Source: Gracilinanus agilis (Eukaryota). Taken from it: 64,000 nucleotides of DNA. The notes under the pieces are model-generated. The model was not told the DNA's origin, did no database searches, and saw nothing but the letters and a program-made list of their open reading frames with translations. Both the position numbers and the translations under genes were made by a program. Positions 62,040 to 64,000 of this stretch are shown here, one piece after another (the stretch's first letter is position 1; the number at the start of each line of letters is the position of its first letter). The stretch covers positions 282,965,070 to 283,029,069 of the forward strand of contig NC_058134.1 of assembly GCF_016433145.1 (NCBI RefSeq), in the 5' to 3' direction.

Positions 62040-62715
62040 AACTTAACTCTTATACTGCTAATGATTGATCCCTGCAATCTTGAGTCAAATTGAATGTTGA
62101 CCTTGCCAAATCCCTAGCCCTTCCCTAAGGCCACACCCCAGAAGAGAGTCAGTTATCTCAGTCTCCTTACTTTTCCTTCAATGATCAATTAACATAGGTA
62201 TCAAACATCAGTAGATGCCTTAGGACATATCCACCCTGGATCCTGATCTTAGCTCTACCTATTGTTTCAGGTTTTGGCAGTTTGCATTTTATGATGATTA
62301 CCTCATAATGTTAATGTATCAGGCCACTGGCCTCTCCCCTTCCCCCATACTGTTGTAACCCCGATAAAAGTGACAAGACATCAGTTGGCAAAAGAGCTCT
62401 TGACCATCAGAGCTCCTAACCATGAAGCTCTTGACCATCAGAGCTTACTCGCTGTCTGTCTACCTTATGTCAAAACTTTCTGTGTCTGTGTATCTTTATT
62501 CTCGCCTTATGTTCTCTTTCCATTAATCCTTAACCCGTAACCCATTTTCACTCAGTCCTTAGTTCCCCTTTCTAAGTGTCCAACCCACTAGGAATCTTCG
62601 TGAAGCTGCTGGACGGCTTCATTGAGTCATCTCCAAGAAGTCTAATCCACATGAGGATCTGCTGCACCATTACCAATTTCGTGGCCTACTGGATTACTAA
62701 CCAAGAATATTCATA
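62040..62715. mobile_element. LTR-like segment, interrupted at the right by the young L1
   Basis: TATA-like gataaaag, short direct repeat agctcttgaccatcagagct x2 (~62395-62447), CT-rich U5-like stretch. Termini not confirmed. Confidence 0.4.
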
Positions 62716-64000
62716 GGAGGTTTCCGGGTTAAGATGGCGGCAGAGTAAAAAGCAGCGCTTAACCTCTCCTGACCAAAACATACAAGACTCCTCAAGGGGA
62801 CATAAAAACAAATCAAGAGGAACGGAGGAACCCCACAACAGGGTGCAATGTGGAAGGTACGTGGAATCGGGACATTTCCATGCTATAAAGGGGTGAAACA
62901 GATCTCACTAAATCGCAGGCTGAGCAACCACCCCACCCCCAACCCCTCCACACACACCACCTGTAGCGCCGAAGCCAGCTAAAAAGAAATAGAGCAAGTT
63001 TGGGGCACCCATCGAGTCATTGGCAGCTCCAGGGCCTGTTCCTGAGAGCAGCAAGATTTAGGTTCCCAAAAAGCTAAAGAACGAGCACGGACTCTGAGTG
63101 CGGACATGGAGCACAGGCTCAGGTGGAGGCGTGGGTGGAGGCAGACACAGCCACGAGCTAAGGCTCTGAAACCCTGAGTGGGGAACCAGTGCAGATGGGT
63201 ATACGACTGTGGAAGCAGCGCCTTGAGACTTGTAAAGAAACCTCCGGGAGAGGATCAAGCAAGGGGGTCCACCAGGGGGCTTGACCTTGGAAAAAACCAG
63301 ACCTCAGACCTCAGGAGCCAAAAGACCGCAGACAGATCCTGAGCGCGAGGATAAAGCTGAGAAGCTGCTGGGCTAACAATGCCTACCCAGACTCAGGAAG
63401 TTCAGAAGAAAAAGATTAACAACAAGAAAAAGAAGTCTTTAACACTCGACAACTTTTACACAGAGAAAATCCAGACAACCAAGCAAACAGAGGAGGAGAA
63501 CAAACAAGCATCCGGACCCTCCTCAAATAAGGAAAACGGGTCACAAGCTATGGAAGAGTTCAAAACTGAGATTTTAAGGAAGATGGAAGAGATCTGGCAA
63601 GAAAATAACAGTTTAAAAGGTAGAATCTTGCAATTGGAAAGTGAGGCTCAGAAATCAAATGAACTGATAAGCAAATTGAACACCAGAAATGACCAGATTG
63701 AAAAAGGAAAACCAAAAGATCATAGCCGAAAACCAAAAGATTATAGCTGAAAACCAGTCCCTAAAGGCTAGAATTGAGCAGCTAGAAGCTAATGATCTCT
63801 CAAGACAACAAGAACAAATAAAACAAAGTCAAAAGACTGAAAAAATAGAAGGAAACATGAAATATCTCAATGAGAAAGTGACAGACCAAGAAAACCGGTC
63901 TAGAAGAGACAATTTGAGAATCATTGGTCTTCCAGAAAAACCAGAAATTAATAGAAACCTGGACTCCATACTAAAAGAAATTATTCAGCAAAATTGCCCT
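62716..64000 (+). mobile_element. Young L1: CpG-retaining 5'UTR and ORF1 (ATG 63379), runs off the window end
   Basis: ggaggtttccgggttaagatggcggc start; ORF1 intact apart from one extra A at 63701-63705; ENRSRRDNLRIIGLPEK. Confidence 0.95.

Noticed and set aside
51300-64000. MIP (aquaporin-0) exons expected from human synteny
   Set aside because: No aquaporin/NPA-motif sequence found; MIP presumably lies beyond the window. RBMS2 was likewise not seen at the left end.
1-64000. CRISPR arrays, rRNA, prokaryotic-type systems
   Set aside because: Mammalian genomic DNA; no regularly spaced repeat-spacer array or rRNA-like sequence seen.

Overview
Marsupial genomic DNA; the repeat families look opossum/didelphid-like, which is an inference and not a database match. 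It contains the GLS2-SPRYD4 locus. GLS2 (liver-type glutaminase) is complete on +: 18 exons, CDS 37556-48069, 1806 nt = 601 aa, all introns GT-AG, with a CpG-island promoter. SPRYD4 is complete on - (2 exons, 204 aa) and tail-to-tail with GLS2. Positions 1-~10.4 kb are a decayed class I ERV (gag-pro-pol, no env seen) interrupted by a SINE, a truncated L1 and an internally deleted L1, each with a readable TSD. The interval 10.4-36 kb is a repeat-dense intergenic stretch (L1, L2, CR1/L3, RTE, MIR/SINEs, a hAT MITE). Positions 51-64 kb hold two solo LTRs, nested L1 ends, a second hAT-like MITE, an LTR-like segment and the 5' end of a young L1. Least explained signals: (i) a SINE-interrupted, internally repeated decayed reading frame at 60.2-61.6 kb whose repeat copies differ mostly at synonymous positions; (ii) candidate spliced + strand exons leaving the SPRYD4 promoter in the opposite direction; (iii) a promoter-like island in GLS2 intron 7 just upstream of an exon that begins with ATG. 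All coordinates were read by eye; edges of old repeats are approximate.
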